Of a stretch of DNA of 64,000 nucleotides, positions 1 through 9,051 are shown in pieces. The DNA is from Acidobacteriota bacterium (GTDB lineage: Bacteria > Acidobacteriota > Thermoanaerobaculia > Multivoradales > J023), in the NCBI GenBank assembly GCA_038747035.1, contig JBCDKB010000001.1:2029-66028 (forward strand). Direction: 5' to 3'. Under the pieces are notes generated by a model, which was not told the DNA's origin, did no database searches, and saw only the letters and a list, made by a program, of their open reading frames with translations. Each line of letters opens with the position of its first letter. Positions within the stretch are counted from its first letter, which is position 1. The position numbers and the translations under genes were made by a program.

Positions 1-212
1 TCGGGGGCCTTGAGCTCAAAGCCGCACGAGGCGAAAAACTTGCGCGGCAGCGTGGCGTAGGCGGAGTCGGCGCGGACGAAGCGGGTGAGGAGGGCCTCGC
101 CGATCGACGGCGGAGGCACGGACGGATCGGCCCCTTCGCGGAGCTCCTCAAGGTCTTCGCGAAGGATCGCAAGCCGTTCGCGCTCGTCGGGTCGGAGGGA
201 AGCCTGGGCCAT
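1..212 (-). CDS. Hypothetical protein, partial (N-terminal ~70 aa; runs off the window edge)
   Basis: Minus-strand ATG at 212-210 opens MAQASLRPDERERLAILREDLEELREGADP... with no stop before position 1. It sits downstream of the VWA gene on the same strand. No recognisable motif. Confidence 0.3.
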   Translation of the reverse strand, partial: MAQASLRPDERERLAILREDLEELREGADPSVPPPSIGEALLTRFVRADSAYATLPRKFFASCGFELKAP

Positions 213-300
213 CGGGTCGCTCTGCTTTCAGTCGCTGGTCATTCGTGATCGCGTTCACTACGCGCGCGGTGGCGGAGCCACGACTCGGGCGAAGCGGGTC

Positions 301-2442
301 CTACTGCGGTGTCGCTCCGCCGACGCCGACGACGGTGCGAGCTTCGAGGCCCTTGCCGCGCACTTTCACTTCGACCTTGCGCTTGTCGTCGTCGGTCAAA
401 TCGTCTTGGGCGTAGAAGCCCAAAGAGTATTGGCTGCGGAGCTCGGCGTTGATCTGGGCGTACGCTTCGGCCAGCTGCTCGAAGGTGTCGACGAAGAAGA
501 GATTGCCGCCGGTCTCTTCCGTGATCTGCCGCAGCTCCCGCTTCGGCAGGCTGCGGCGGAGCGTGTCGAGGGCGCCGAGGCCGATGACGTAGACCGGAAC
601 GCCGGCGTCCCGGGCCATATCGATGCACTGTTTCGGCCCAAAGCGGGAATCGAGATCATCGCCGTCGCTGAGCACCACCAGGGCCCGTCGACCGCCTTGA
701 TTTTCGAATTGCAGGAGCGAGAAGACAATCGCGTCGTACATCGCGGTCTTGCCCGCCGCCTCCAGGCGATTGAGCCCCCGCATCAGGCTCACCACGTCGC
801 CGCTCACGTCGTGCAATAGCCGCGGCTGTTCGTCGAAGTCGACGACGAACGCCTGGTCCCTCGGCAGGATCGTCTGCCCGATGAACTTCGCCGCCGCGCG
901 GCGGGTATCGTGCATCAGCAGCTCCATCGAACCCGAGGTATCCACCAGCAGGCCGAGCACCAGCGGCACGTCGTCGGCGTAGGCGAAGCTCGCGGTCTCC
1001 TGCGGCCGGCCGCGGTAGAGAATTTCAAAGGCGTCGCGGGGCAGGTCGGACACCGTCTGGCCGCCGCGGCCGGTGACCACGGCGTGGAGCTCGACCAGGT
1101 TCACGTCGACCTCTTCGACCTCCGGCGCCGCCAGCAGCAAGACGTCATCAATCGACGAGCCGTCGGAGAGGTACGCCGCTAGACGGAGGTAGTCGGTCGG
1201 CGACACGTCGGGCGTCTGGAGGTCGAGGCGAATCGAGCGCTCCCGGACGGTCTCCACGAGCTCCTCGTTGTACCAAACCTCCAACCTATCGAGCGTCGCG
1301 TCGGCCGGCACCGTCACCAGGCCCTCGAGGGTCACCTGGCCGGCATTCGGGTCGCCGTCGAAATCCGTGATGCGGACGCGGAAGGGCGCGTCGACGAGGT
1401 TGATCCGCACTTCGTCCTCGGCCATCGGAACGCCGAGACCGTCGTAGCCGATGGCGCGCACCGTCTGAATGGTGGCGGGCTTGGCGAGCGGGACCCGCAG
1501 CCGGAAGGGCGGTCGCTTATCCTCCGCCACTTTCACGCCGTCCACTTCGATCGCCACCCGCTCCACCGCCACGGTCGAGGTCAAGACGTGGAAAAAGGTC
1601 GGCCCGGAGGCCGGCTGCCTGCGGGGCGGCACCAGTCTCAGGATCTGTTCGCCGGCGAGCTTCTCGACCTGCGGCGCCGGCCGTCGGCTGCCGAGTCGCG
1701 GCGCCTGCACCGAGCGCGGAAAGAGCTCGACGTCGCCGCCGGTATCAGCGGGACCGCCTCGACTTCCGGACGCTCCGGCCCGCGGCCTGTCCGCGGAGGG
1801 CGCGCCGCCCGCCGGCGGCGACCCGAGGTCGCGTCCGGCGACCGTGCTCCCGCCGCCGCCCGCGGCCGCCGCCCGCCGGGACACCTCGTAATAAGCCCCT
1901 TCGTATTCCGCGACCCTCGTCGCCGTGAAGCTGGGGCCGGAGATGGAGCCGCCCGGCTCTTCCATCGCCACCGCGCCCCACAGACCGCTCTTCTCTTCGA
2001 CGGCCACGAAGACCATCTGACGAGTCCCTTCGGGAAGGTCCGCCCGCAGGACGTAGCGCAGCGAGGCGAACGTGCCGAAATCATCGATATCGAGCCGCTT
2101 GCTGTGGTTCATGATCGGCTCACCGTCCACGTTGAGCAGCAGGAAGACGCAGAGCGTCGCGTCGGCTCGCCGATTCAGAGGGCCGGCTTCCAGCCGCCCT
2201 TCCACCGTCGCTTGGACCCGTCCCTCGTCGAGCAGGATGGCCTCATCGACGAGGAACTGCGCCTCAAGCGGCAGGTCGCCGCGGTCGAGGCTGCCCTGGA
2301 GCAGCGGGCCTGCCAATTCGGCAGGGAAGCGACACCCCGCGTCGGCTTGACCAGACGCCGTCCCGGCGACGGTCAGGATCAGAAAAAGACTCAGGCCCAC
2401 AGCCAGGGCGCACGGACGTTGGGTTTTCAGCATCTTCGACAT
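301..2442 (-). CDS. Secreted von Willebrand factor type A (VWA) domain protein
   Basis: Start chosen at MSKMLKTQRPCALAVGLSLFLILTVAGTASGQ (signal peptide) with a GGAG RBS. The C-terminal ~200 aa carry VWA hallmarks (LVLGLLVDTSGSM ... ALVVLSDGDD ... VPVYVIGLG). The longer ORF start at 2508 was rejected. Confidence 0.7.
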   Translation of the reverse strand: MSKMLKTQRPCALAVGLSLFLILTVAGTASGQADAGCRFPAELAGPLLQGSLDRGDLPLEAQFLVDEAILLDEGRVQATVEGRLEAGPLNRRADATLCVFLLLNVDGEPIMNHSKRLDIDDFGTFASLRYVLRADLPEGTRQMVFVAVEEKSGLWGAVAMEEPGGSISGPSFTATRVAEYEGAYYEVSRRAAAAGGGGSTVAGRDLGSPPAGGAPSADRPRAGASGSRGGPADTGGDVELFPRSVQAPRLGSRRPAPQVEKLAGEQILRLVPPRRQPASGPTFFHVLTSTVAVERVAIEVDGVKVAEDKRPPFRLRVPLAKPATIQTVRAIGYDGLGVPMAEDEVRINLVDAPFRVRITDFDGDPNAGQVTLEGLVTVPADATLDRLEVWYNEELVETVRERSIRLDLQTPDVSPTDYLRLAAYLSDGSSIDDVLLLAAPEVEEVDVNLVELHAVVTGRGGQTVSDLPRDAFEILYRGRPQETASFAYADDVPLVLGLLVDTSGSMELLMHDTRRAAAKFIGQTILPRDQAFVVDFDEQPRLLHDVSGDVVSLMRGLNRLEAAGKTAMYDAIVFSLLQFENQGGRRALVVLSDGDDLDSRFGPKQCIDMARDAGVPVYVIGLGALDTLRRSLPKRELRQITEETGGNLFFVDTFEQLAEAYAQINAELRSQYSLGFYAQDDLTDDDKRKVEVKVRGKGLEARTVVGVGGATPQ

Positions 2443-2460
2443 CTCCTCGGGTCGCCGACG

Positions 2461-2476
2461 GCCCCGGGCCCGGGGC
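2461..2476. terminator. Perfect GC palindrome GCCCCGGGCCCGGGGC between the metB-like stop and the VWA start; a candidate stem-loop terminator or attenuator
   Basis: The 16-nt self-complementary sequence is read directly. There is no T-run, which is typical of high-GC genomes. Confidence 0.3.
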
Positions 2477-2521
2477 TCGTCTCCTATCAACCTGCAAGCT
2501 CCGTGCAAGCCGCCGCGGCGC

Positions 2522-3661
2522 TCATGGGACGAGTGCGGCGCTGAGATCGGCGATCAAGTCTTCCGGATCTTCGAGCCCCACCGAGACCCGGAGCAAGTCG
2601 TCCGGCGTCTTGCTATCCGGCCCCTCCACCAGCGCCCGGTGCTCGAGCAGGCTCTCGACGCCGCCGAGACTGGTGGCGCAGGTGAAGAGCTCCACCCGCG
2701 AAGCGAACCGAGCGGCGCCGTCAAATCCCCCCGAGACCCGGAAGGAAAGCATCGCGCCGAAGCCCGTCGCCTGGCGGCGGGTGACCGCGTGGCCGGGGTC
2801 GCTCTCCAGGCCCGGATAGCCGACCCACTCCACCGTCGGATGTTCCAGGAGGAACCGAGCGAGGCGTTCAGCCGTCCGGGACTGGGCTCGGACCCGCACG
2901 CCGAGGGTCATCAACCCTCGGCGCAAGAGCCAACAATCAAAAGGCGACGGCACGGCGCCGGCGTGGGCCTGGATGTCGAGCAGGCGCTCCGACGTCGGCC
3001 CGCCGTCGGCCGTGACCACGGCCCCGCCCATCACGTCACTGTGGCCACCGAAATATTTGGTGCTGGAATGCACCACCGCGTCGGCGCCCAGCTCCAAAGG
3101 ACGCTGCCATACCGGCGTCATCCACGTATTGTCGACGGCTAGCTGCGCGCCCGCGGCGTGGGCGATGCGCGCCGTCGCTTCGATATCGGTCGTAAAGAGC
3201 TGGGGATTCGACGGCGTTTCCGCCATCACCAGCCGAGTCCGCGGGGTGAGAGCCCGCTCGATCGCCCCCAGGGATCCGGACTCCACGACGCTCACCTCGA
3301 GACCCCACCGGCTTAAAGGGCCCGTGAGCAGTACCTTCGTGCCGTGGTAAAGATCCTCCGGAATGAGGACGTGATCACCCGGATCGAGGGTCTGGAAAAG
3401 GGCGTGCATCGCCGCCAGTCCGGACGCAAAGGCAAAGCCGTGGGCGCCGCCTTCGAGTTGCGCCAGCGCCGTTTCAAGGGCTCGGCGGTTCGGATTGCCT
3501 TCTCGTGAATAAACGAAGTCGCCGCGGAGCTCTCCGTCCGGCCGACGCGAGTAGGTCGTGGAGAGGTGGATCGGCGGCGCGACCGCGCCGGTGGGATCGT
3601 CGCCGAGGCCGGCGTGCAGGGCGACGGTATCGAAGCGGTGGCTCTTTCGGCTCTCGGTCAT
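2522..3661 (-). CDS. metB: PLP-dependent trans-sulfuration enzyme (cystathionine gamma-synthase / beta-lyase / methionine gamma-lyase family)
   Basis: N-terminus FDTVALHAG; the PLP-lysine motif SSTKYFGGHSDVMGG; a C-terminus typical of the Cys/Met metabolism PLP family. Exact substrate specificity cannot be called from sequence. Confidence 0.85.
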   Translation of the reverse strand: MTESRKSHRFDTVALHAGLGDDPTGAVAPPIHLSTTYSRRPDGELRGDFVYSREGNPNRRALETALAQLEGGAHGFAFASGLAAMHALFQTLDPGDHVLIPEDLYHGTKVLLTGPLSRWGLEVSVVESGSLGAIERALTPRTRLVMAETPSNPQLFTTDIEATARIAHAAGAQLAVDNTWMTPVWQRPLELGADAVVHSSTKYFGGHSDVMGGAVVTADGGPTSERLLDIQAHAGAVPSPFDCWLLRRGLMTLGVRVRAQSRTAERLARFLLEHPTVEWVGYPGLESDPGHAVTRRQATGFGAMLSFRVSGGFDGAARFASRVELFTCATSLGGVESLLEHRALVEGPDSKTPDDLLRVSVGLEDPEDLIADLSAALVP

Positions 3662-3715
3662 CCGACTCTCCTCATCTCCACGTCTGCCCGGGTCAACGGC
3701 GAAGGTCCAGGGGGC

Positions 3716-4552
3716 TTATAGGTGCCGATTGGCCCGGCCGCGGCGTACGAAACTATAGAGCGTCAGCCCGCCGCGGCGCGCCGCGTCGACGGCCAAGCTC
3801 GAAGCGGCGCCGACCGTCACCAGGACCGGCGCCCTCGCCATCAGAGCTTTCTGCACGATCTCAAAGCCGGCCCGAGAGGACATCACCACGATGCGCTCGC
3901 GCCAGGGAAACTCGCCGTTTAGAAGGGCCGCGCCGATCAGCTTGTCGAGGGCGTTGTGGCGGCCGACGTCTTCGGCGACGTCGAGCAAAGCCCCGGATCG
4001 GTCGAAGAGCGCCGCGCCGTGCACGCCGCCGGTGCGCGGGAAGAGCACCTGGGCGTCCTCCATCACCTTCGGCAGGCCTTGGACGAGGCGGGCGTCCACC
4101 TCCATGGGCTCGATCTCGGGCCAGCGTCGGTAGATCTCTTCCAGCTGGGCCTTGCCGCACAATCCACACGCCGAGACCGCCAGGCGCTCCCGTCGGGCGA
4201 GGCCCCGGCTCAGGAGACGTTCGGCGGCCCCGGCGCTCAGCCGGGCGTCGACGACGTTATCGGGGTCGTAGGCCAACGGATCCGCCAGCCGCTCCAAGCT
4301 TCGGAGATCCTGCGCGCCTTCGATCACGCCTTCGGTCAACAAATAGCCGGCGGTGAGCTCCCGGTCGGCCCCCGGGGTGCGCAGGGTAACCGCGAAGGAT
4401 TCTCCGTCCACCCGGATCTCGAGGGGCAGCTCGACGATGACCTCGTCTTCCGTCGCTTCGCCCCGACGCTCGACCGCCACCGGGAGGAGCCCGGACGTCC
4501 CAGGGGCTGCGCCGGGCGGCGGGGACGCAGCGCCGCGCTCCAGGTCGCTCAC
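3716..4552 (-). CDS. fdhD: Formate dehydrogenase accessory sulfurtransferase FdhD
   Basis: Active-site motif SACGLCG and VGRHNALDKLIGAALL; ~278 aa, typical for FdhD. Confidence 0.85.
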   Translation of the reverse strand: MSDLERGAASPPPGAAPGTSGLLPVAVERRGEATEDEVIVELPLEIRVDGESFAVTLRTPGADRELTAGYLLTEGVIEGAQDLRSLERLADPLAYDPDNVVDARLSAGAAERLLSRGLARRERLAVSACGLCGKAQLEEIYRRWPEIEPMEVDARLVQGLPKVMEDAQVLFPRTGGVHGAALFDRSGALLDVAEDVGRHNALDKLIGAALLNGEFPWRERIVVMSSRAGFEIVQKALMARAPVLVTVGAASSLAVDAARRGGLTLYSFVRRGRANRHL

Positions 4553-6495
4553 TCGAAAGTAGCGCTCACGCCGCCGTCCGCGGCCACCCGGATGCTCAAG
4601 ACGTGGGAGCCGCCGGCGTCAAAGAGCCCGTCGACTTCGGCGGTTCGGGTCTGCCCGTCGCTGTAGACGTAGACCCGAAGCCGGGTGCCGCCGGCGGCGA
4701 CCTCGGCGTCCTTCGTCAAGCGGCCGGACGTTTTCTTGTCCCGCCCGAAGACGCCGGTGGCTTTCTTGATGAAAGCGAACCTCTCGTTCACGACCTGGTC
4801 GCCGCCGTGGAAGACGCTCAGCAGGCCCTCGGAGACTTCTGAAAAAAAGTCGACCCGGAGCGAAGATAAAGCCACCTCCTGCGTGGACGCCGTGCGATCG
4901 GCGCGCTCTCGAGGGGCCGACTCGGTCTCACTGTCGCCGCCGGAGCCGGTCCTCTTGCGGAAGCGGTCCTGCACCCGTTCCCGGGCGTCTTGCTCCCGCC
5001 GCTGGCCCTCTTCGGCGTCCGCCAGCAGCTGGGCGGCGCGCTCGTTCTCGGCGTCAAAATCCAGGACCAGCTGGGCGAGCTCCATGGCTTTCGCGTAGTC
5101 CTTGGAGGCCAATGCGGAGTCGGCCGAACGGAGCTGGTCGCGGGCCTGCGCCTCTTCAACCGTCAGGCCCTCGTTTTCGAGCATGCGCTCCGCTTCTTCA
5201 CGGAGGCGTCGAATTTCTTTATCGCCCGGCATGAAGACCAGGGCCTGGTCGAAATATTCGATCGCCCGCACCGCTTCACCGTCGGCGAGGGACGCTTCGC
5301 CCTTCTCCACGAGCGGGCGGTACTGGCTTTCGACCGAATCCATCGGGTCCACCGCTTCGACCGGTTCCTCGCCGCCAGGACGGAGAACGAAGAATGCGGC
5401 ACCGAGCACCGCCACCAAGGCGACGGCGACCAAGCCGATGATCAGTCCCTTGCTGAGACCGGGCGGCTCTTCCTCCGGCGGCGGCGCCCTCACCACCGAC
5501 GGCTGCCCGGTGAGCGTGCCCGTCGGGATGGCGCCGCTCGACGAGGTGTTGAGCGGATACGGGGCCCGGCCGGCCGGGGCGGCGGCCGGAGCCGGGGCGC
5601 CGGCGGGCTGCTGTGGCGGCGGTTCCGGCGGCGCCAGGAAAGAGGCCGTGCCGCCGTCGGCGCGACCCGGCGAGGCGAAGACCGCCCGGAGGTCCCGGGC
5701 CATCTCGGAGCCGCGGGCGTAGCGACGATTGGCGTCCTTTTCAAGGGCCTTCTCGAGCACCCCGCTCAGGCGAGCCGGCAGGCCCGCCACCAGCTGGCTC
5801 GGCGGCGTAAAGGCGTCATAGACGATGCGGTGCGTCACCATCGTCAAGTTGTCGCCCTGGAAAGGCTTCTTGCCGGTCACCATCTCGTAGAGCATCACGC
5901 CCAGCGAAAAAAGATCGGCTCGGTGGTCGACTTCTCGGCCCTGGATCTGCTCCGGCGCCATGTAGTTCGGAGTGCCGAGCAACTGCCCTTCCACGGTCAG
6001 GTTCGACTGCTCGACCCGGGCGATTCCGAAGTCCGTGATCTTGGCCTGCTTATCCGCCGTCAGGATGATGTTGGCCGGCTTGATGTCGCGGTGCACGACC
6101 CCTTTGCTGTGGGCATAGTCCAAGCCGTCGGCGATTTGCGCGATGATGTCCACCACAAAGCGCACGTCGAGTCGGCCCTGGCGCTGCATCAGCTGCTTCA
6201 GGTCCGTACCTTTGACGTACTCCATCGCGATGAAAAAATCACCGCTTGCGTCCTCGACGACGTCGTGGATCGTGACGATATTGGGATGGCTCAGGATGCC
6301 CGCGCTCTGGGCTTCCCGGAGGAAGCGCACCTTGAATTGCTCCCGGTCCGCGTCCTTGGCGGAGAAGCCGAGGCGAAAGGTTTTGAGCGCCAGCTGACGG
6401 CCGATGAGCGGATCTTTGGCCAGATAGACCTGACCCATAGCACCCTTGCCGAGTTCCCCTACGATTTCATATCGGCCAAGTTTGTTCAGGGTCAT
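4549..6495 (-). CDS. Ser/Thr protein kinase with a transmembrane segment, TPR-like region and C-terminal extracytoplasmic domain
   Basis: Kinase subdomains GELGKGAMGQVY, ALK, HRDIKPANIIL, DFGIA, GTPNYMAPE; a hydrophobic stretch GLIIGLVAVALVAVLGAAFFVL. The stop overlaps the fdhD start by 4 bp. Confidence 0.85.
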   Translation of the reverse strand: MTLNKLGRYEIVGELGKGAMGQVYLAKDPLIGRQLALKTFRLGFSAKDADREQFKVRFLREAQSAGILSHPNIVTIHDVVEDASGDFFIAMEYVKGTDLKQLMQRQGRLDVRFVVDIIAQIADGLDYAHSKGVVHRDIKPANIILTADKQAKITDFGIARVEQSNLTVEGQLLGTPNYMAPEQIQGREVDHRADLFSLGVMLYEMVTGKKPFQGDNLTMVTHRIVYDAFTPPSQLVAGLPARLSGVLEKALEKDANRRYARGSEMARDLRAVFASPGRADGGTASFLAPPEPPPQQPAGAPAPAAAPAGRAPYPLNTSSSGAIPTGTLTGQPSVVRAPPPEEEPPGLSKGLIIGLVAVALVAVLGAAFFVLRPGGEEPVEAVDPMDSVESQYRPLVEKGEASLADGEAVRAIEYFDQALVFMPGDKEIRRLREEAERMLENEGLTVEEAQARDQLRSADSALASKDYAKAMELAQLVLDFDAENERAAQLLADAEEGQRREQDARERVQDRFRKRTGSGGDSETESAPRERADRTASTQEVALSSLRVDFFSEVSEGLLSVFHGGDQVVNERFAFIKKATGVFGRDKKTSGRLTKDAEVAAGGTRLRVYVYSDGQTRTAEVDGLFDAGGSHVLSIRVAADGGVSATFE

Positions 6496-6589
6496 AGATT
6501 CGCCGGGCGCCAGAAGCCAGAAACTCTACGATTTTAGGAGCAGCTACCACCGGCGTCAAACAGCCGCATCCGATCCCGCGCCCCCTCGG

Positions 6590-6880
6590 CTAGCGTCGAG
6601 GCAAGAAAATGAGCCCGTGGAAGACGCCGAGCACGACGATTTCATCGTCGTCGCCGACCTGGTAGGCGATGCGAAAGTGGCCGTAGGTCAGCAGGTGGAT
6701 GTCGGGGCGATCCAAATACGGGTAGTGCTGCCCGAGGTGGGGCGAGCCGGAAAGGGAGACGACCTTGTTGAGGATCGACTCGACCGTTCGCATCGCCGTA
6801 TGCGGCCGATCCTGGGCGATGTATTCGTAAATATCGCGCAGGGACTCGGCGGCTTCCCGCGACCATCTGGGTTGGGCCAC
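6590..6880 (-). CDS. parE: Type II toxin, ParE/RelE superfamily
   Basis: 96 aa. The C-terminus HFRIAYQVGDDDEIVVLGVFHG is the classic ParE/RelE fold signature. It sits immediately downstream of a small antitoxin ORF with a 2-nt gap. Confidence 0.7.
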   Translation of the reverse strand: MAQPRWSREAAESLRDIYEYIAQDRPHTAMRTVESILNKVVSLSGSPHLGQHYPYLDRPDIHLLTYGHFRIAYQVGDDDEIVVLGVFHGLIFLPRR

Positions 6881-6882
6881 CG

Positions 6883-7185
6883 CTAGCTCCTTCGACCGCG
6901 GTGCCAGACGCGAAGCCGCCGGCGCATCTCGAGGTCGCCGAGCGTCCGGCCGGCGCCGATGTCCACGAGACCGCGGCCGATCATGCGGTCAAAGGCGAGC
7001 TCGCGCAGAATCTCGTCATAGGAGCTGTCGTCCGGCTGATCACCGACGATCGTCAAGATTCTGTGTTTGGCGGCGGACTCCAGGTGCCGGGGCTCGCTGT
7101 CCCCGGAGGCCTGGGCGCCGTCCTCCGGCGAAGCTGCGGTGACGTCCTGGTCGTCCCGCGGTCGAGTCACCGGTGGCTTGGGCAT
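6883..7185 (-). CDS. Putative antitoxin partner of ParE (ParD/addiction-module component-like)
   Basis: ~100 aa, start chosen at MPKPPVTRPRDD; the C-terminus SYDEILRELAFDRMIGRGLVDIGAGRTLGDLEMRRRL; tight coupling to the toxin gene. Confidence 0.5.
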   Translation of the reverse strand: MPKPPVTRPRDDQDVTAASPEDGAQASGDSEPRHLESAAKHRILTIVGDQPDDSSYDEILRELAFDRMIGRGLVDIGAGRTLGDLEMRRRLRVWHRGRRS

Positions 7186-7219
7186 CGTTTCTAGTGGGCC
7201 CGCTGGCTCGCTGGACGGA

Positions 7220-7672
7220 CTACTCGCTGATCGACAGCGCCTTGACGCCGTCGAGGCTGGCCCGGGGCGACACGTAGCCGATCGCACCCGGGTTCTTGCT
7301 GACCCAGGCGATGACCTCCGCGTCGTTCGAGAGCTCGGGCGGCGGCGAGTTGCGGCCGCTGAAAATCTGTTTCTGCCAATAGCTCTTGATCGACGAGACG
7401 GATCGGCTGTGCAGGTCTCGGGAGAGAAACTCCCGGACTTCAGATTTGCCGTCGAGGTCTACCGGCGCCGCCTTCAGATCCGAATCGGGCCAGCGCGAAC
7501 GCTTTTTGAGCAGCAAGGAGGAAGCTTGATTCTTGGAGAGGCTGTCGTGCGGCGTCTCAGGATGCGTAATCATCACGTACCCGGAGCTGTTTTGCGCAAC
7601 AGCGGTGCTGTTGGTTTGCACAGTCACAAGGACCGTGAGAGCGATTAAAGCGAGAAGATATTTCTTCATCAC
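7220..7672 (-). CDS. Small secreted PstS/PBP-like substrate-binding domain protein
   Basis: Signal peptide MMKKYLLALIALTVLVTVQTNSTAVAQ. The C-terminus IKSYWQKQIFSGRNSPPPEL ... NPGAIGYVSPRA resembles the phosphate-binding-protein-like standalone domain. The gene is conspicuously AT-rich in its 5' half relative to its neighbours. Confidence 0.5.
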   Translation of the reverse strand: MMKKYLLALIALTVLVTVQTNSTAVAQNSSGYVMITHPETPHDSLSKNQASSLLLKKRSRWPDSDLKAAPVDLDGKSEVREFLSRDLHSRSVSSIKSYWQKQIFSGRNSPPPELSNDAEVIAWVSKNPGAIGYVSPRASLDGVKALSISE

Positions 7673-7963
7673 CTCACCTCTACTTTTGAGAGCGGGCGCG
7701 ATAAAGACAGCCCCGAAAAGGGCGGGGCCAGTGTTCCTTGCCGCTGTATAGCCGAAGGTGGCGGTGCTTTAGCCGCCCAAAAGCGACCAGAACAACTGTT
7801 GCCAATCGACACGTCGCGGACTCGGGAGGCAGAAACCCTAGGAGAAGAGGGCACAGCGAGCCCAGACAGGAACGTCGAAGAGGAAGTATAACAGCTCGCT
7901 CCCCCTCTGTGCGTTCCCCTTAACCCTGTCAACGTCCATCCCGCCAACGAGATGGCGGCAAAG

Positions 7964-9049
7964 CTACCCGGCCACCCAGCCTCCGCCCAAGCAGACCTCT
8001 TTCTGGTAAACCACGGCCGCTTGGCCCGGGGCGATGCCGATGTCACTCTCTTCGAGCTGCACCTCGAAGTCGCCGCCCCGGTCGCTGCAGGTTGCCCGGT
8101 GTAGACGGGGGCCGTGCCGGATGCGCACAAACGCTTCGCCGGCGGTCAAGGGCTCGCCGATCCAGTGCATAGCTTTGGCGACGAATCGACCGTCCGCCAC
8201 CCCACCCATCCGATCGCCGTGGCGGACCCACAGCGCGTCGGACTCGATGTCCTTGTCCACCACGAACCATGGGCCGCCGCCGAGGCCGAGGCCGCGGCGC
8301 TGGCCGATCGTGTAGAACCAGTGGCCGCGGTGTTCACCGAGCGTCGCCCCTGTTTCGAGATCCCGGATCGGTCCCGGACGCTCGCCGAGGTGGGCGCGCA
8401 CAAAGTCACCGAAATCGACGCCGCCGAGGAAGCACAGGCCTTGACTGTCGCGGCGGGCGCGGTTCGGCAGACTGAGCGCCTCGGCGCGGCGACGGACCTC
8501 CGACTTATCGAGGTCGCCCAGTGGGAAGACCAGCCGCCGCAGCTGCCGTTGATGCAGGCGGTGGAGGAAATAGGTCTGGTCCTTCACCGGGTCGACGCCG
8601 CGCAAGAGCTCCGACTGCCCGTCGGGCCGACGCCGCGTGCGGGCGTAGTGGCCCGACGCGATCACGTCGAAATCCCCGAGCTCCGTCAAGCGATCGTCGA
8701 AGGCGCCGAACTTGATCCGTCGGTTGCAGAGAATGTCCGGACTTGGCGTCCTTCCGGCGCGCAGCTCGTCGAGCGCGTCCTCAATGACCAGCTCGCGGTA
8801 GGAGCGCTGGAGCGACACCACCGCCAACTCGACCCCCGCCCGGCGACAGACTTCCCGGGCGTAGCTGAGGTCGTCCTCCCAGGGACACTCGCCGAGGAAC
8901 GAGAGCTCGTCTTCGAGCCAAATTTTGAGATAGCACGCCAGCACGTCCCCCGGCGCCACCGGGCCGAGCTCCGGCACTTCGCCCGCCAGCAGACGGTGGA
9001 GGGCGACGGAGCTGTCGACCCCTCCCGAAAGGAGCACCGCGACGCGCAT
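7964..9049 (-). CDS. mnmA: tRNA 2-thiouridine(34) synthase MnmA
   Basis: PP-loop MRVAVLLSGGVDSS; CYLKIWLEDE; the C-terminus matches the MnmA architecture. Start chosen at MRVAV (9049), not the arginine-rich extension to 9262. Confidence 0.85.
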   Translation of the reverse strand: MRVAVLLSGGVDSSVALHRLLAGEVPELGPVAPGDVLACYLKIWLEDELSFLGECPWEDDLSYAREVCRRAGVELAVVSLQRSYRELVIEDALDELRAGRTPSPDILCNRRIKFGAFDDRLTELGDFDVIASGHYARTRRRPDGQSELLRGVDPVKDQTYFLHRLHQRQLRRLVFPLGDLDKSEVRRRAEALSLPNRARRDSQGLCFLGGVDFGDFVRAHLGERPGPIRDLETGATLGEHRGHWFYTIGQRRGLGLGGGPWFVVDKDIESDALWVRHGDRMGGVADGRFVAKAMHWIGEPLTAGEAFVRIRHGPRLHRATCSDRGGDFEVQLEESDIGIAPGQAAVVYQKEVCLGGGWVAG

Positions 9050-9051
9050 GG

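Noticed and set aside
85-819. 244-aa plus-strand ORF at the left edge
   Set aside because: It overlaps the well-supported VWA gene on the minus strand and the partial minus-strand gene. Its composition is low-complexity (S/R-rich).
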